A stretch of DNA of 64,000 bases from Haliotis rubra. Taxonomy: Eukaryota. The notes under the pieces were generated by a model. The model saw only the letters and a program-made list of their open reading frames with translations. It did no database searches and had not been told where the DNA came from. Position 1 is the first letter of the stretch, and the number at the start of each line of letters is the position of its first letter. Location of the stretch: positions 806,001 to 870,000 of the forward strand of contig NW_025767224.1 of assembly GCF_003918875.1 (NCBI RefSeq), in the 5' to 3' direction. A program made the translations under genes and the position numbers. Positions 1 to 17,465 of the stretch are shown here, one piece after another.

Positions 1-8
1 TTTTTAGC

Positions 9-300
9 TGAATGAAACGCAGGTCTCGGCAGTCATCACCTCGCTACCGTCTCGGGGGTGCCTTGAGCGAGCGCCGTGGACGAGTATAAGTGTGTGTGTG
101 CGTGTGTGTTTCGGCTCGGCTATGATGATGCACGGCCGGCTGACTAGCGAGTCTACAGATGTCTGAAAGTGAATGAAACGCATCTCTCGGCAGTTCCTTC
201 CCGGGTCGGTATCACCGAGCGAGCGCTTTGGGCGAGTCGCAGTGTGTGTGTGTGTGTCGGCTCAGCTATTATTCACCATGTGCAGCTCGCTGTAGAGCTG
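9..300. repeat. Two imperfect ~160-bp direct repeats with (GT)n runs next to the integrase relic; possibly subterminal repeats of that element
   Basis: tgaatgaaacgca..tctcggcagt at ~9 and ~170; gagcgagcgc, (gt)n and cggctc.gctat recur in both copies. Confidence 0.55.
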
Positions 301-372
301 GCTGGCCACATAGCATACCACAACCTAATAGCACATACAAATAATCATGAGAATTTTCATACAGTGGGCGAT

Positions 373-1195
373 CTAAAAGGGACTGTGTCGTGAGGTATGA
401 TCATCAACTCCTCTCTGACGAATGCTATCGGCGGTCTGTCTTTCACGTAGTACAAGTTCGGTTCGCCATCTTTGATGTTGTACCATATCCATCGGTGGCG
501 CTTTTTCTGCTGTCTCCCTCGTATTCTCCCGGCTGGTACAAGTACCTAACGCTGACCTGGTCCAGTAATGTTTTATCTGTTTTATCGCGAAGTGCCCTGC
601 CGACGACGATTCGACAGATTTCATGTTGATGGCTTCGACGGGTCTCTTGCCCACGAGTCTGGTGACTTCGTTGTTGATGGCATCACTCGCGGTAAGAGTA
701 CGATCCATTCCGTGTTTCTGTTTTTGGGATCCATTAAATCCTGCAAGTACTGATGAGAGAACAGACGTTCGGCTAAGGTGCGAGTGAATCTCTCGACAAT
801 GGCTTGGCTTCGGTGAGCTTCCGCCACACCTCGTCTCGCCTGGACTTTGTGCTTGGCAAGCAGTTGTGACACGGCTCCCATGAACTCGTGTCCGGGATCG
901 ATTTGCGATACGGCAGGCCAGGTCAAGTGACTGCGTTCGTATATGCGTTCTAAGGCTTTGGCGACTTCGTTCGAATCTTTGGTCATCAACGGTTCGGCTT
1001 CCTTGTAGCGACTGGCGACGTGGACAACTGTCAGGGCGTACTTGTAGGTTTTACGCCTCACCCTGTCGTGAGGTAGAAACAGGAGGTCGGCTTGGTGAAC
1101 GCGATTCGTCGTTGATGTGTCGAATTTTCTTCTCGGGATTGGAACCGAGGCGCCGGCAGGTAAATTTGCCAGATGGCTTGTTTTTTAAGCCAAGC
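373..1195 (-). mobile_element. Frameshifted retroviral-type (rve) integrase relic of Polinton/Maverick (adintovirus-like) type
   Basis: Minus-strand pieces read WLKKQAIWQIYLP..HQADLLFLPHDRVRRKTYKYALTVVHVASRYKEAEPL..QIDPGHEFMG..QAIVERF, then ..YYVK..FVREELMIIP in another frame; D-D-E positions recognisable; several frameshifts; family assignment from motif recall. Confidence 0.7.
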
Positions 1196-1541
1196 TAATT
1201 GATAATTCCTCTATAGTTCCTAGATGATTCATTGATAATGTCTTGATAGTCCCTTAATGAGTCATTGCTTGTCCTTTGATGGTGCCTAACCCCATTTTTG
1301 GAATAACATCCAACAAGCCATCCGTCACTTTCCATCTGAGATGACGCTCAGACGCTGAGATGACATTTTCATAATGAATCTAGGTATTGTTTTGTTTAGT
1401 TTTGTGGCGTTATACCATATTCGATGAAATATAATTTTTTAGATATGAAATTACAAATGTCGTCTCTCTTTCAAAGATGAATATTTTGTTATTTAGGTTT
1501 GTCGGGATCATTCCAAATGTTATATTAAGTGAGTATTTTCA

Positions 1542-4276
1542 GAGTAGACTCTGATCATTTACCATTAGAACTGACATGTCAATTTCCAAATATGAAAAAC
1601 TCAAGTGATACAAACCATATTGATGATTATAAAGAAAAGATTGTTTGGAACGACGCCTGTTGCGAAATATATTTAGATAATTTGAAAAGTAAGACTTCAT
1701 TTTATAACGACCGTCTCTTATCGAAACTTGAGTTCGATCTAAACGGAGCTTTAGATGAATTTGTCCATGTCATATTAGATTCAGCAGATTGTATGAAGAA
1801 AAAGACTAAGCCGTTCAAGCAAAACTATAAAACACCCTTAAGTGACGAGTGTAAATCTGCGCGACGAGACGCGCGCAAAGCACTTAGAAGTTTTCGGTGT
1901 AGACGCTCAGAGAGAAACAGAAATTATTTTTGTAAAATGAGAAACAAATACAAAGCTTCATGTAGAAAATTCAAATCTAACCTCCGTAATCAAAGATTGA
2001 ACAGATTGAATGATTCTATTCACAATCCTGCTATGTTCTGGAAACAAATTCGTTCATTTAGAAAGAGATCAAATCTTAAAAGTAATATTTCAAAATGTGA
2101 ATGGATGACACATTTCAAGACAGTTTTTTCTAATGATGCTGTTTTTTCAAGCGATGGTTATTCCTTCGACGATGATATTATCTCTTCGAATGACTATGAC
2201 ACTGTTGATCAAATGATTTTGGAAACACAAATTTCAGTAGATGAGATAAAGAATGCTATAAATAACTTAAAGAGCGGAAAAGCAGCTGGTCCCGACAATA
2301 TTATAATCGAAATGATTAAATGTTCTCAAATCGAGTTAATGCCCTTCCTCCATAAGTGTTTTAATACTGTATTTGAAAGTGGTTCGTTTCAGAAAGCTGG
2401 TCTCGTTCAATTATCGTCCCTATACATAAAAGGGGCTCAAGAAAATCCAGATAATTACAGAGGCATATCTTTAATGAGTGTTATTGGGAAAATATTTACA
2501 ACTGTTTTAAACAACAGAATCTCAAACTGGTCAAATCTAAGAAACTTAATTCCTGAATGTCAGGCAGCTTTTAGAAAAGATTATTCAACTACTGACCATA
2601 TCTTTACACTATATGCAATAATACAAAAGTGTCTATCACGTAATAAACACAAACTTTATGTAGCATTTGTTGACTTTAAGAAAGCTTTTGACTCTGTGGA
2701 TCGTTGTAAATTATGGCACTGCTTACGAAAGTCTGGTTTACAAGGGAAAATGTATTCTATTTTAAAATCTATGTACTTGAATATTAAATCATGTGTTCGT
2801 TGTGGTGATGATCTCACTGATTTTTCGACTGTCCCATGGGAGTTCGGCAAGGGTGTATTTTAAGCCCTGTATTGTTTTCATTCTTTATAAGCGAACTGTA
2901 TTATGATATTTCTAATGCAGGTAAACATGGTGTGCAAATGTTTCCAGATATGATTGAAATTTTTATCCTCCTTTTTGCCGATGATGTAATTTTAGTGTCA
3001 GATACTATCGTCGGTCTACAAAACCAACTGAATATTTTGGAACGTTATACAAATGAATGGAAATTATTTGTTAATTTTGAAAAAACAAACATAGTTATCT
3101 TTAGAAGAGGTGGGCCTGTCGCCTCTAAAGAAAAATGGTTCTTGAGTGGCAAAAATGTATCTATTGTTAATCAGTATACCTACCTCGGGCTATTGTTTTC
3201 CCATACCATGAACTTTAAAAAGAGTGTTATAGACCTGACATCACGTGCTAAGAAGGCTCTTATTAACGTTATGTCCGTTTCCCAGAATTTTGGAATTTTA
3301 ACCCCGAAAATATATTTTAAATTGTTTGATGCACAAATCCAACCGATTATGCTTTATGGGTCTGAAATTTGGGGATATCAACGTCATGAATGTCTAGAGA
3401 AACTACACCTTTTAGCATGTAAAAGGTTTTTTAAATGTAGCGCAAGCAGCACCAACTTGTATGGTTTATGGAGAATGTGGTAGATATCCGATATATATAA
3501 ATTCACAAATCAGATGTTTAAAATATTGGTTAAAGATCCTTGGAATGCACGAACAAAGAATCCCCAAACTAGCTTATAACATGCTTGTACATTTAGATGA
3601 TAGGGGTAAGACAACATGGGCGTCTCATATTAGAACTCTTTTATTTTCACATGGCTTTGGATTTGTGTGGCTAAATCAAACAGTTGGTAATATCAATCTA
3701 TTTCTTAAGCAATTTCGAGAACAATCTGTTAACATGTATTATCAAGAATGGCATTCCTGTCTAGACAATAGTTCAAGATACCAGTTGTACAGATCACATA
3801 AGAGCTTAATTCAACCAGAACTATATCTATCTGTATTGACATCTAGAAATATCAGACGCACACTTGTCAATTTTCGATTGGGCTTGTTAGACTTATCAGT
3901 AAATAAGGGCAGACGATTTTCAATAGAGAGACGTTTAAGGATATGTCCATTATGTAACTCGGCTATAGAAGATGAAATTCACTTCGCTTTTGTATGCCCA
4001 CATTATGCTGATTTAAGAAAAAAATATATCCCAAATAATTACCTGTTAAAATATCCTAAATCTGCTTTTGCTTCCATTCTATCTTCCAAAAATGAAAATG
4101 TAATACGTAATCTTGCGCTTTATGTAAAACATGCTGTTTTCCTTAGAAGCAATATCTTATCTGAACTGTAATTTCTTTGTAAAATGTCTGTAACATGTGC
4201 TGTATATGTACTTGTATTACTTGTATATGGGCCGGAGGCCTTAAGTACAATAAATATCTTTGACTTTGACTTTGAC
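1542..4276 (+). mobile_element. 5'-truncated non-LTR retrotransposon (RTEX/RTE-like), frameshifted RT
   Basis: ORFs 1529-2863, 2836-3483, 3461-4171 carry KAAGPD, NYRGISL, FVDFKKAFDSV, GVRQGCILSP, LLFADD, YTYLG and C-terminal CPLC..EDEIHF..CPHY; AATAAA then (TTTGAC)3 tail; possible TTTTCA target duplication at 1536-1541 and 4277-4282. Confidence 0.9.
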
Positions 4277-4830
4277 TTTTCAATTTTTAAGGTGTGTGCT
4301 TTAGCCACTGGCTACTCGTGTTACGTCACAATGTGTAAACGGTCGAGCTCAGACACAAAAGCGAACCTTTCTGGTGTTCTATATGGGGAAAATAAACTCC
4401 ATCGTTCAGAGAAATCGACACTGACGGGTGTTGCTGTCTAGATTGAACTCAAAAGAAGTTTCAAAAAGTGCTGAAATTGGTACAGAAATCAGTTCAAGCT
4501 TATAATCTTAAAGCATCAAACATGCCTACTGTTATTCGTTTCTGTATCAAACTGTAAGACCAATTTGTCTCTTTCTGGATACATAAATGTTTCCTCTGAT
4601 GTTTCCTTCTCTGAAAATGTGTCTTAGTTCTACGGTTGATGAACAATCGGTCACTTCTTTCATTTTCAAATTGCCGTAGTGCTTAGTGTAACGACACTTA
4701 GTACTTTCTGTAGCAACATTGACATGGCTGACAAAAATAGTGTGGCGTCACTCGATGTTCATAACTATTGTCAGGGATTTAGTGAACTGCTCAAGTTGAT
4801 CCCTATCACCTAGTCGTTGCGACTACCACA

Positions 4831-4987
4831 TTAATGAGCTTAGCAGCCCATACTACGGATTAGCGTCCTTGACAACCGGCTGTCAACTACGTGTATATAA
4901 GTGTTCGGGCATCTACTCTCCACATCAAACTTCTTCACCCTAGACAACTTGCAGTCAACGTGAGGTCCACATCTACCTACAACAATC
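4831..4987 (+). promoter_or_regulatory. Conserved proximal promoter and 5'UTR of tubulin copy 1 (TATATAA 4894-4900; X-box-like GTCCTTGACAAC 4865-4876)
   Basis: Same block precedes the ATG of all seven copies although distal flanks differ. Confidence 0.8.
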
Positions 4988-7000
<2,013 letters not shown>

Positions 7001-7558
7001 TGCTACCCGTTAATTACTCTCAAATGTTCCTTTTTTTGGAACGACCGAATAAAAAGATTGAATATGAAACATTGTCTGTTTCACTTTATGGCATTTACAT
7101 CCGATCGCCACACTAGCGTAATACATAGTTGTTGAGCATCCTGTACGGTTTGTGTATGGTAGGTGATGTTAAATCATCTGTAGTACTCGCAGAATGGCAC
7201 CCTCGATAACTAATGTGTCATTTTTTAGAAAAGAAAATGCAAAACAGAAGACGCGTGTAACAGTTTGAAGTGAAAATGGTACCAAGCTGTCATCGTACCA
7301 CTTCCTCATTATGGTGATACACCATGAAACATACTTTCTCCAGAGGCACGTGGTTAAATTGGATAGCAATTACATTTTGAGGCGTTTAAGCCTTATAGAT
7401 ATTTCAAAGCGTCACCAAATATTGATACATCTAGTCACACACATACCCCTTGTATGTATGTATATACATCAAGTGCCACCAACACTTCAGTAAGTGATTC
7501 TATCTTGACACTTTTGTCAAACCGATATTTGACATCGTGACTTCGCCTTGAAACATGG

Positions 7559-7687
7559 NNNNNNNNNNNNNNNNNNNNNNNNNNNNNNNNNNNNNNNNNN
7601 NNNNNNNNNNNNNNNNNNNNNNNNNNNNNNNNNNNNNNNNNNNNNNNNNNNNNNNNNNNNNNNNNNNNNNNNNNNNNNNNNNNNNNN
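7559..7687. other. Assembly gap (129 N)
   Basis: Run of N. Confidence 1.
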
Positions 7688-8629
7688 TTCTGGTGTTTGT
7701 TTTATTGTTTTATTGTTTGTTTAACGCCGTACTTAGCAAGTTTTCGTCTTGTGACTGACATCATGATCATCGATGTTAAGCAAATGGGATACGATGACAT
7801 TCATCAATGAAATCAGCGAGCCTGATTCGAGACTAATTCTAACCCGGATCTTCACGGATAATACTTCTGTGACTTTATCTTGACAACAAAGTATCCTTTC
7901 GTCCCATGGATACTTTTTAATGGATGTCATCAGATCTTTCTGTATCAGCAGTGTATTAAATATAGCCCGTCCGACGTTCTATTTTTGTGAGGGACGGTCT
8001 ATTAAATAAGTAAGGCCGTCCTTTGGTCGGGGGAATAAACTGGAATTTTACAGAGAAAGAATAATACCTAATATAACGTATGTCACATCTGAACACTTTC
8101 TACATGTCATGTACTGATGACAATATGAATCTGAATCTCTGGGGTTTCAGTCTTACGAAAATGGGACATATTTCGATGCTGTAAATAGTCATTGGAATGT
8201 TTGGGGCCATTGAGATCTGTCTAACAATCCAGGAAAAAAGTTTACTTACTAAGTCTGACAGAGAAACAAAACATCATGATTCTTCAAAATGGTTTAACAT
8301 GTAATATCCATAAGTATACAATCGTCAACATATTTCAATCTATCGGTAGGCTGATGCAAACATATTACCAAAACCGATGTTACACCATATTCGCTCACTC
8401 TCCCCCTTTAGTTGCCATGGTGATACGTCAAATTCCATATGCAAATTTGTGTTGAAAAACTCCGCCAGCAATCGCAAATTAAGGGTTACGCAAAAGACTT
8501 CACCGTGCGGGAGCATGGTTTCGCTCCTCTTACAACGTTCACTAGGGTGATTATTGACGATTACCGCATCGTCCCTGGGTGATTCCTTGATGACTGATAA
8601 TTTCTTGATGATTCCTTACTTTGTTGATT

Positions 8630-10521
8630 GATTGAAACATATTTTATTCAATTAAGAAACGGATTGGGCACAAGTTATCCAACTTAAATAAGCCCTCTCC
8701 ACATAGTTACAAGTGTATATTACAAAAAAGTTCAACAAGAGGCAAACGAAGGGTATAGATATGTACAGACAGAGTTATTTAAGTCGTTTAGTGTTATGGA
8801 TGTAGATATGTACAGATTTAAAAACATTCTGATTTTCACTAAGCGAGAGACCTGCATTGCCATTCAAGATGAGATGAATATCAATAATACATGCTCTATA
8901 ATTCACTATATTTTCTAAAGAGGTTAACATTTGTTCTCTTTGAATTATATATAATGGACATTCAAGAAAATAATGAAAAGCATTTTCACAATTATGGCCA
9001 CACTGACAAAGTGCATCATTTCTAACATTAATTCTGAATAAATCATAATTAAGTGTACTTGTCATATATCTTAATCTTGTATGCAAAACAGTTAGCTTCC
9101 TTTTCCCATATGAGAAATATACGGGTGCACATTTTTGTTTCACATGAACTGCAGTTTTAAAAGACACAACAGAGTTACAGTTTCTGATAGGTAAGGGGAT
9201 GTTATTCCACAGTTTAATTGTTGATGGAAAAAAGGATAGAGTCGAATATCGTAGTCTTGTACAGGGTTGAGTGTAATTACTGGAGTTTCTTAATTCATAA
9301 TTCGTTCGACTACCTACTACAGGAGGGAGTAAATCATAAAGAAAACTTGGAGCAAGGCCTGTATATATCTTATAAAATAACGATAATTTGTTCACTCTTC
9401 TTCTCTCAGATAGTAAATCCCATCCCGTTTCAAAGTATAATGATCTAGAAGAAGCATATCTCTGCAGACCAGTAACTATACGAGCCGCTTCAAGTTGTAA
9501 CTTTTCTAATCTATTAGATTCTTCAATAGAACACCCGTCCCATACTTCAGATGCGTACGCGAAATGTGGTCTTATGAATACAGTATATATGTTTGACAAT
9601 GTTGTTCTATTCATGAGAAACTTTAACTTTCGAAATGCTCCAATCATTTTAGAAGTCTTTTTAACAATACTTTCAATATGATGTTGCCAACCCCCATTAC
9701 ATGAAAATGTTAGTCCCAAATGTTTATGAAAGTCAACTGGTTTTACATGACAATTGTCAAATTTCAAATTAATGTCTGTTTGGCCATCTTTCGTCGTAAA
9801 TAGCATAGCTTCCGTTTTGTCCGGATTATAAAAAATTAGCCAGTCCTTTGCCCAATTACATAATATTTGTAGATTTTAATTCATTATTCTTTCCATCAAC
9901 TGCTTTTGTTTTGACAAAGCTCCCAGTGACGTGTCGTCAGCGAAAAGCCGAGTTATACAATGTAGTTTATCTGCTATCTCATTTACATACACAATTAAAA
10001 GAAAGGGCCCTAAAACTGATCCCTGTGGAACTCCTGCTTTTAAACCCAAAGGCTTAGATAACGAGCCATGAACAGAAACTGATTCATTGCGACCACTTAC
10101 ATAACTATCAAACCAATCAAGTAACTTTCCACTTACTCCGTACCTCTCCAATTTAAGCATAAGCCCTCTGTGCCAAACTCTATCAAAGGCCTTTGATACA
10201 TCGCAAAAGACCATACAATAGTGTTCTTTGTTATCGAGTGATATACAGATTTGGCTATAAATTTCAACAAATTGTTGTACAGTAGAGTGGCCTCTCCGGA
10301 ATCCACATTGATATTTATATAACAAATCATTTGACACGAAGTAATTGTAAATATGTTTAAATACAACTCTTTCAAACAGCTTCCCAACACAACTTACAAG
10401 TGAAATAGGGCGATAATTTGATACAATTGAGTGATCACCCTTCTTGAATAGGGGCATAACATTTGCATATTTCCACTGGCTAGGATATACTGATAAATTA
10501 AGTGGCATGTTAAATAATATG
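8630..10521 (-). mobile_element. 5'-truncated CR1/L2-type LINE with frameshifted RT
   Basis: ORFs 9876-10508 and 8775-9806: NYRPISL, FCDVSKAFDRVWH, GVPQGSVLGP, LFADDT, HKHLG, C-terminal CQCG..HYFLECPLY; AATAAA plus (CAAT)n tail; 11-bp direct repeat CTTTGTTGATT at 8619-8629 and 10522-10532. Confidence 0.9.
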
Positions 10522-10580
10522 CTTTGTTGATTCCTCCATAGTCCCTTAAAGATTCCTTCCTTGTCCCTTGATGTTTCTTT

Positions 10581-10749
10581 GGGGGCGGTGGGGTAGCCTA
10601 GTGGTTAAAGCGTTGGTTCGTCACGCCGAAGGCCCGGGTTCGAATCCCTACATGGGTACAATGTGTGAAGCCCATTTCTGGTGTCCCCCGCCGTGATGTT
10701 GATTTAATACTGCTAAAAGCGGCGTAAAACCAAACTCAGTTAGTTAGTA
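10581..10749 (+). mobile_element. tRNA-derived SINE (family 1) with 10-bp TSD
   Basis: A-box-like TAGCCTAGTGG, B-box GGTTCGAATCC, non-tRNA body, (TCAG/TTAG) tail; ATGTTTCTTT at 10571-10580 and 10750-10759. Confidence 0.9.
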
Positions 10750-10759
10750 ATGTTTCTTT

Positions 10760-11470
10760 ACTTATTCCTTATTAAAACCTTCATTATTAACTGATAGTAG
10801 TTTGGTGTTTCCCTGATGATTCATTCATAATTCCTTGATGGTCCCTTGATGATTCATTCATAATTCCTTGACGGTCCCTTGATGATTCATTCATAATTCC
10901 TTGATGGTCCCTTGATGATTCATTCATAATTCCTTGATGGTCCCTTGATGATTCATCTCTAATTCTTTGATGGTCAATTGGGGATATCCTTGTTTGTTCT
11001 TTGATGATTCATCTCTAATTCTTTGATGGTCAATTGGGGATATCCTTGATTATTCCTTGATGATTCCTTCATAATTCTTTGATGGTCTCCCCGTGAAGAT
11101 CCGGGTTAGAATGAACCTTCAGTAACCCATGCTTGTCGTAAGAGGCGACTAACGGGATCGGGTGGTCAGGCTCGCTGATTTGGTTGACATATGTCATAGG
11201 TTTCCAGATCGATGCTCATGCTGTTGATCACTGGATTGTCTGGTCCAGACTCGATTATTTACAGACCGCCGCCATATAGCTGGAATATTGCTGAGTGCGG
11301 CGTAAAACTAAACTCACTAACTCTTTGATGTTCAATTGGTGATATCCTTCATTATTATTTGGTGACAATGGCGTCTGTTGTATATTGCAATGGCCCCTTG
11401 ATGATTCCTTCATGTTTCCTTGATGGTTCATTAATGGTTCCTTGATGATTCTTTGATGATTCCTTGAGAT
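10760..11470. repeat. Degenerate 11-bp (GATGATTCCTT) minisatellite with a 33-bp higher-order unit x4 (~10814-10950) and a ~56-bp duplication
   Basis: GATGATTCATTCATAATTCCTTGATGGTCCCTT repeated; related tracts at ~1200-1290, 8545-8630, 10522-10580, 15580-15610, 17465-17730. Confidence 0.8.
11085..11321 (+). mobile_element. SINE family 2 (no tRNA head visible; 3' tail shared with family 1)
   Basis: CCCGTGAAGATCCGGGTTAGAA..GCTTGTCGTAAGAGGCGACTAACGGGATCGG..GCTGGAATATTGCTGAGTGCGGCGTAAAAC; further copies at ~29990-30190, 47082-47205, 56997-57120, 63731-63855; TCTTTGATG on both sides. Confidence 0.75.
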
Positions 11471-12215
11471 CTAGAATGACATCCCACAAGCCCTCCGCCA
11501 CTTGCCGCCCGCGATGACGTTTACAGACCCGTGTTGACAATGTCATAATGAATGCAGGTTTCATGGACATCAATATTATGTTTGTATATTTTTGTGATGT
11601 TATATCATATTTGAGGTAATCTAATTTTGATGAAGTGACTTTACAAACTGAAGATGGGTATTTTGTCATTGAGGTTTGGACAAATCATTCAAAATGTTTT
11701 GCATAATTGAGTATGATATCAACATAAATCAGTTTTTTCAAATTTTTAAGTGTGTGCTTTAGCTACTAGCTACATATTTTACCTCACAATGTGTATACGG
11801 TCGAGCTCAGAAGTAAACGCGAATCTTTCTGATGTTGCATATGAGGAGTACAGACTCCGTCGTGCACTTATAATATTGCTGCTCAGGCTAAAGTCAAAAG
11901 AGTCATAAAAACTACTGAAATTGGTACAGAATCAGTACTAACTAACAATCGCGAACAAAAGTATGCGTCATCAAACATACCCACTGTCATTCGTTTCTAT
12001 TATCAAACTGTAAGACCAACTTGTCTCTTTCTGGATGCATAAATGTATCTTCCGACTTATCTTTCTCCCGTAAATGTGTCTTAGTTCTACTGTTGGTGAA
12101 CAGTCGGTCAACTTTTATTTAACCTCAAATTGCCTTACTGTGACAACATCGGGTATGGCTGAAAACGCTAGTGTATCAACAGGCGAGGTTCATAATTATA
12201 GTCCGGGACTTCCAC

Positions 12216-12373
12216 GTTAATGAGCTTAGCAGCCAATGCTACGGATTAGCGTCCTTGGCAACCGGCTGTCCACCACATATATATAAGTGTCGGAGCACCG
12301 GCTCTTGACATCAGACTTCTTCACCCAAGACAACTTGCAGTCCACGTGAGGTCCACATCTACCTACAACAATC
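12216..12373 (+). promoter_or_regulatory. Proximal promoter and 5'UTR of copy 2 (TATATAA 12280-12286; GTCCTTGGCAAC 12251-12262)
   Basis: Conserved block shared by all copies. Confidence 0.8.
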
Positions 12374-14502
<2,129 letters not shown>

Positions 14503-15039
14503 TGTTACTCTTAAATGACTCTCAAATGTTCCATTGATGGAACGACCGAATAAAAAATGAATGTAATACATTGTTTGTCTTTAATTTTGAGCACTAATCT
14601 TAGTGCAACACCAATTAACCGACCAGTTCGGTTTGAGTACGGAAAGGGGCGTTGAAGCCTCAATAATATCCAGAGTGGCGCACTCCCCTTGACTTATGGC
14701 TCCCTCTCCCTGACGTTAACAGTTTCAAGTGAAAATGACACTCGAGTACCATCAGGGCATGAGGGTCATACACCATGAAACATATCATCCCACAAATACA
14801 AACAGTGACATCATCTCAATATGTCTGGTTAATTCAAATATCCATTACCACTTGAATCTAGTCTTAAACATACCATTGTATATTGGCTACTTTGTCAGTC
14901 ATTTTCACCTCCATCCTTGAAAATCAATAGGTACCTGACAGAGGAAGTTTACCTTGAAACAAATCGTTACATTAATGCTCCACATAGTAACTTCACATCT
15001 TGATACATCATTTGCATGGAGGCTTTATATAGTAATTCT

Positions 15040-15450
15040 ACCTTGAAACATCCAGTCACATACTGGCCAGACCTTTGTGTATCGGTAACGAGCTCTAAGA
15101 TCTGACTTCAGTGTGACTGTAGCTTGAAACATCCAGTCACATACTGGCCACACCTTTGTGTATCGGTAACGACTTCTAAGATCTGACTTCAGTGTGACTG
15201 TACCTTGAAACATCCAGTCACATACTGGCCACACCTTTGTGTATCGGTAACGACCTCTAAGATCTGACTTCAGTGTGACTGTACCTTGAAACATCCAGTC
15301 ACATACTGGCCACGCCTTTGTGCATCAGTAACGAGCTCTAAGATCTGACTTCAGTGTGACTGTAGCTTGAAACATCCAGTGACATGGATACTTGTACTTC
15401 AGACTTCTGTGATCTGACTTAGTGTCACTGTATCCTGAAACATCCAGTTA
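15040..15450. repeat. 81-bp minisatellite, 4 full units plus degenerate partials
   Basis: TTGAAACATCCAGT at 15043, 15124, 15205, 15286, 15367. Confidence 0.95.
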
Positions 15451-15609
15451 TATGCGCACATCCACAATTACACGACAATGTGACAGATGAAACACCTCAG
15501 CACACGTATGTGTCTGTGCACGTGAATTCCATGCATGACACATGTTTGCGTGTATAGCATTCTAAACCTGGACGGTTGGTGATGATTCCTTGTTAATAAT
15601 TTCATTAAG

Positions 15610-17465
15610 GTTTTTGGAAAGTTTTTACTGCTGTTTCAAATAATAAACTTACTAACTGGGCCAATATGAGAGATAAGTTACCGGAAGTTCAAGCTGGTTT
15701 CAGAAAAAATTATTCAACCATAGATCGCATTTTTACTTTATATGGTGTAGTTCAGAAATGTTTATCACGTTGTAAACACAAATTATACGTTGCTTTTATT
15801 GATTTTACAAAAGCATTTGATACAGTTGATCGTTATAAATTATGGTGTTGTTTGAGAAAAGCTGGGCTACAAGGGAAGATGTTTAATATACTAAAATCAA
15901 TGTATTCAAATATCAAATCATGTGTACGTAGTGATTATGGTGTTACTGATTTTTTCGATTACCCGTCCGGCTTACGTCAGGGATGTATATTGAGTCCTCT
16001 GTTATTTTCATTTTTCATTAGCGAATTGTATTATGAAATTTCAAGTAACGGTAAGCATGGTTTACAGATGTATCCTGACACCATAGAAAGCCTCATGCTC
16101 CTTTTTGCCGATGATGTTATTTTACTATCTGACACAGTTATTGGTCTACAGAATCAGTTGAAGTATTGGATAAATACACTAAGGAATGGAATTTATCTGT
16201 AAATTTAGATAAGACAGAAATTATAGTTTTCAGAAAGGGAGGCCCTTTAAATTTTAAGGAGAGATGGTACTTAAATGGACAACGAATTAATGTAGTTAAT
16301 GGTTATAAGTATCTTGGTATAATGTTTAATTCAACACTAAATATGGACAAATGTGTTTCTGACCTATCACTGCGAGGGAAACGAGCTTTACTTAATATGA
16401 TGTCGGTTTCGCATAAACTTGGAGTTATTACACCTAATGTATTTTTCAAATTATTTGATACCCAAATACAGCCAATTCTATTGTATGGATCTGAAGTGTG
16501 GGGTTACCAAAGATTTGAATGTTTAGAAAGAATTCACCTACTGGCATGTAAAAGTTTCTTTGTGTTGGATTAGCAACTCCAAATAAAATGATATATGGAG
16601 AATGTGGAAGATACCCACTTTACATTAATTCGCAAATAAAGTGTTTAAAATATTGGTTTAATATCATCCATATGCCAGAACATCGGCTTCCGAAAATAGC
16701 TTATAACATGCTCTTTCATCTTGATAGTATCGGTAAGGTTACATGAGTATCGCATATAAGGTCACTATTATTCTCACATGGATATGGGTTTGTATGGTTT
16801 AATCAATCTGTTGGCGATCTATATCTATTTCTAAATGATTTTCGTAAAGTAGCAATAAATATGTTCTATCAAGGATGGCAATCCAACTTAGAAAACAGTT
16901 CACGTTATGATCTTTACAAAACGTTTAAAACGTTATTAGAGCCAGAAAAATATTTATTTGTTTTAACAAATAGTAACCTAAGAAATATATATATTAAATA
17001 GAGACTTGGCTTGTCAAAACTAATGATTGATTATGGACGGAATATATCACTTGAAAGAATACAAAGAATTTGTCCATTATGCAACTCTGCTATAGAAGAC
17101 GAAATACATTTTACCTTTGAATGTCCTTATTATGCAGAAATACGAACTAAATATATACCGGAACGTTTCTCATCTAAGTTGAGTAGAATAGGGTTTGTTT
17201 CTATTTTGTAATATTTAAATTATCTCTATTTGTAAAACATGGAATGGACCTAAGAAATAACCTGTTGAATGGGATTTCAGATTTACCTTACTCTAAAAAG
17301 TCCTCCTGATTACCACCAGTTGTTAAATGAATGTTATATTTTTATCTTTTCCACTGTATCTACCAATCGGTATATTCTCAACCAGTGTATTTATGTAAAC
17401 TTGTATATGGGTTGATGGCCTTTGATACAATAAAACACCTTTGACTTTGACTTTTGACTTTGACT
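15610..17465 (+). mobile_element. Second, more decayed 5'-truncated RTEX-like LINE
   Basis: ORFs 15666-16202, 16166-16573, 17011-17211 align with the 1542-4276 element (FIDFTKAFDTV, GLRQGCILSP, LLFADD, CPLCNSAIEDEIHF); stops and frameshifts; same (TTTGAC)n tail. Confidence 0.9.

Noticed and set aside
8411-8424. Isolated X-box-like GTTGCCATGGTGAT
   Set aside because: Single occurrence far from any TSS and not seen in the paralogous unit; could be chance
10581-10660. tRNA gene candidates (also 21185, 38941-39113, 42088, 49659, 59590)
   Set aside because: tRNA-like head continues into a shared non-tRNA body with a simple-repeat tail, and several copies have TSDs: these are SINEs
15025-15294. 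27-aa repeat ORF
   Set aside because: Translation of the 81-bp minisatellite
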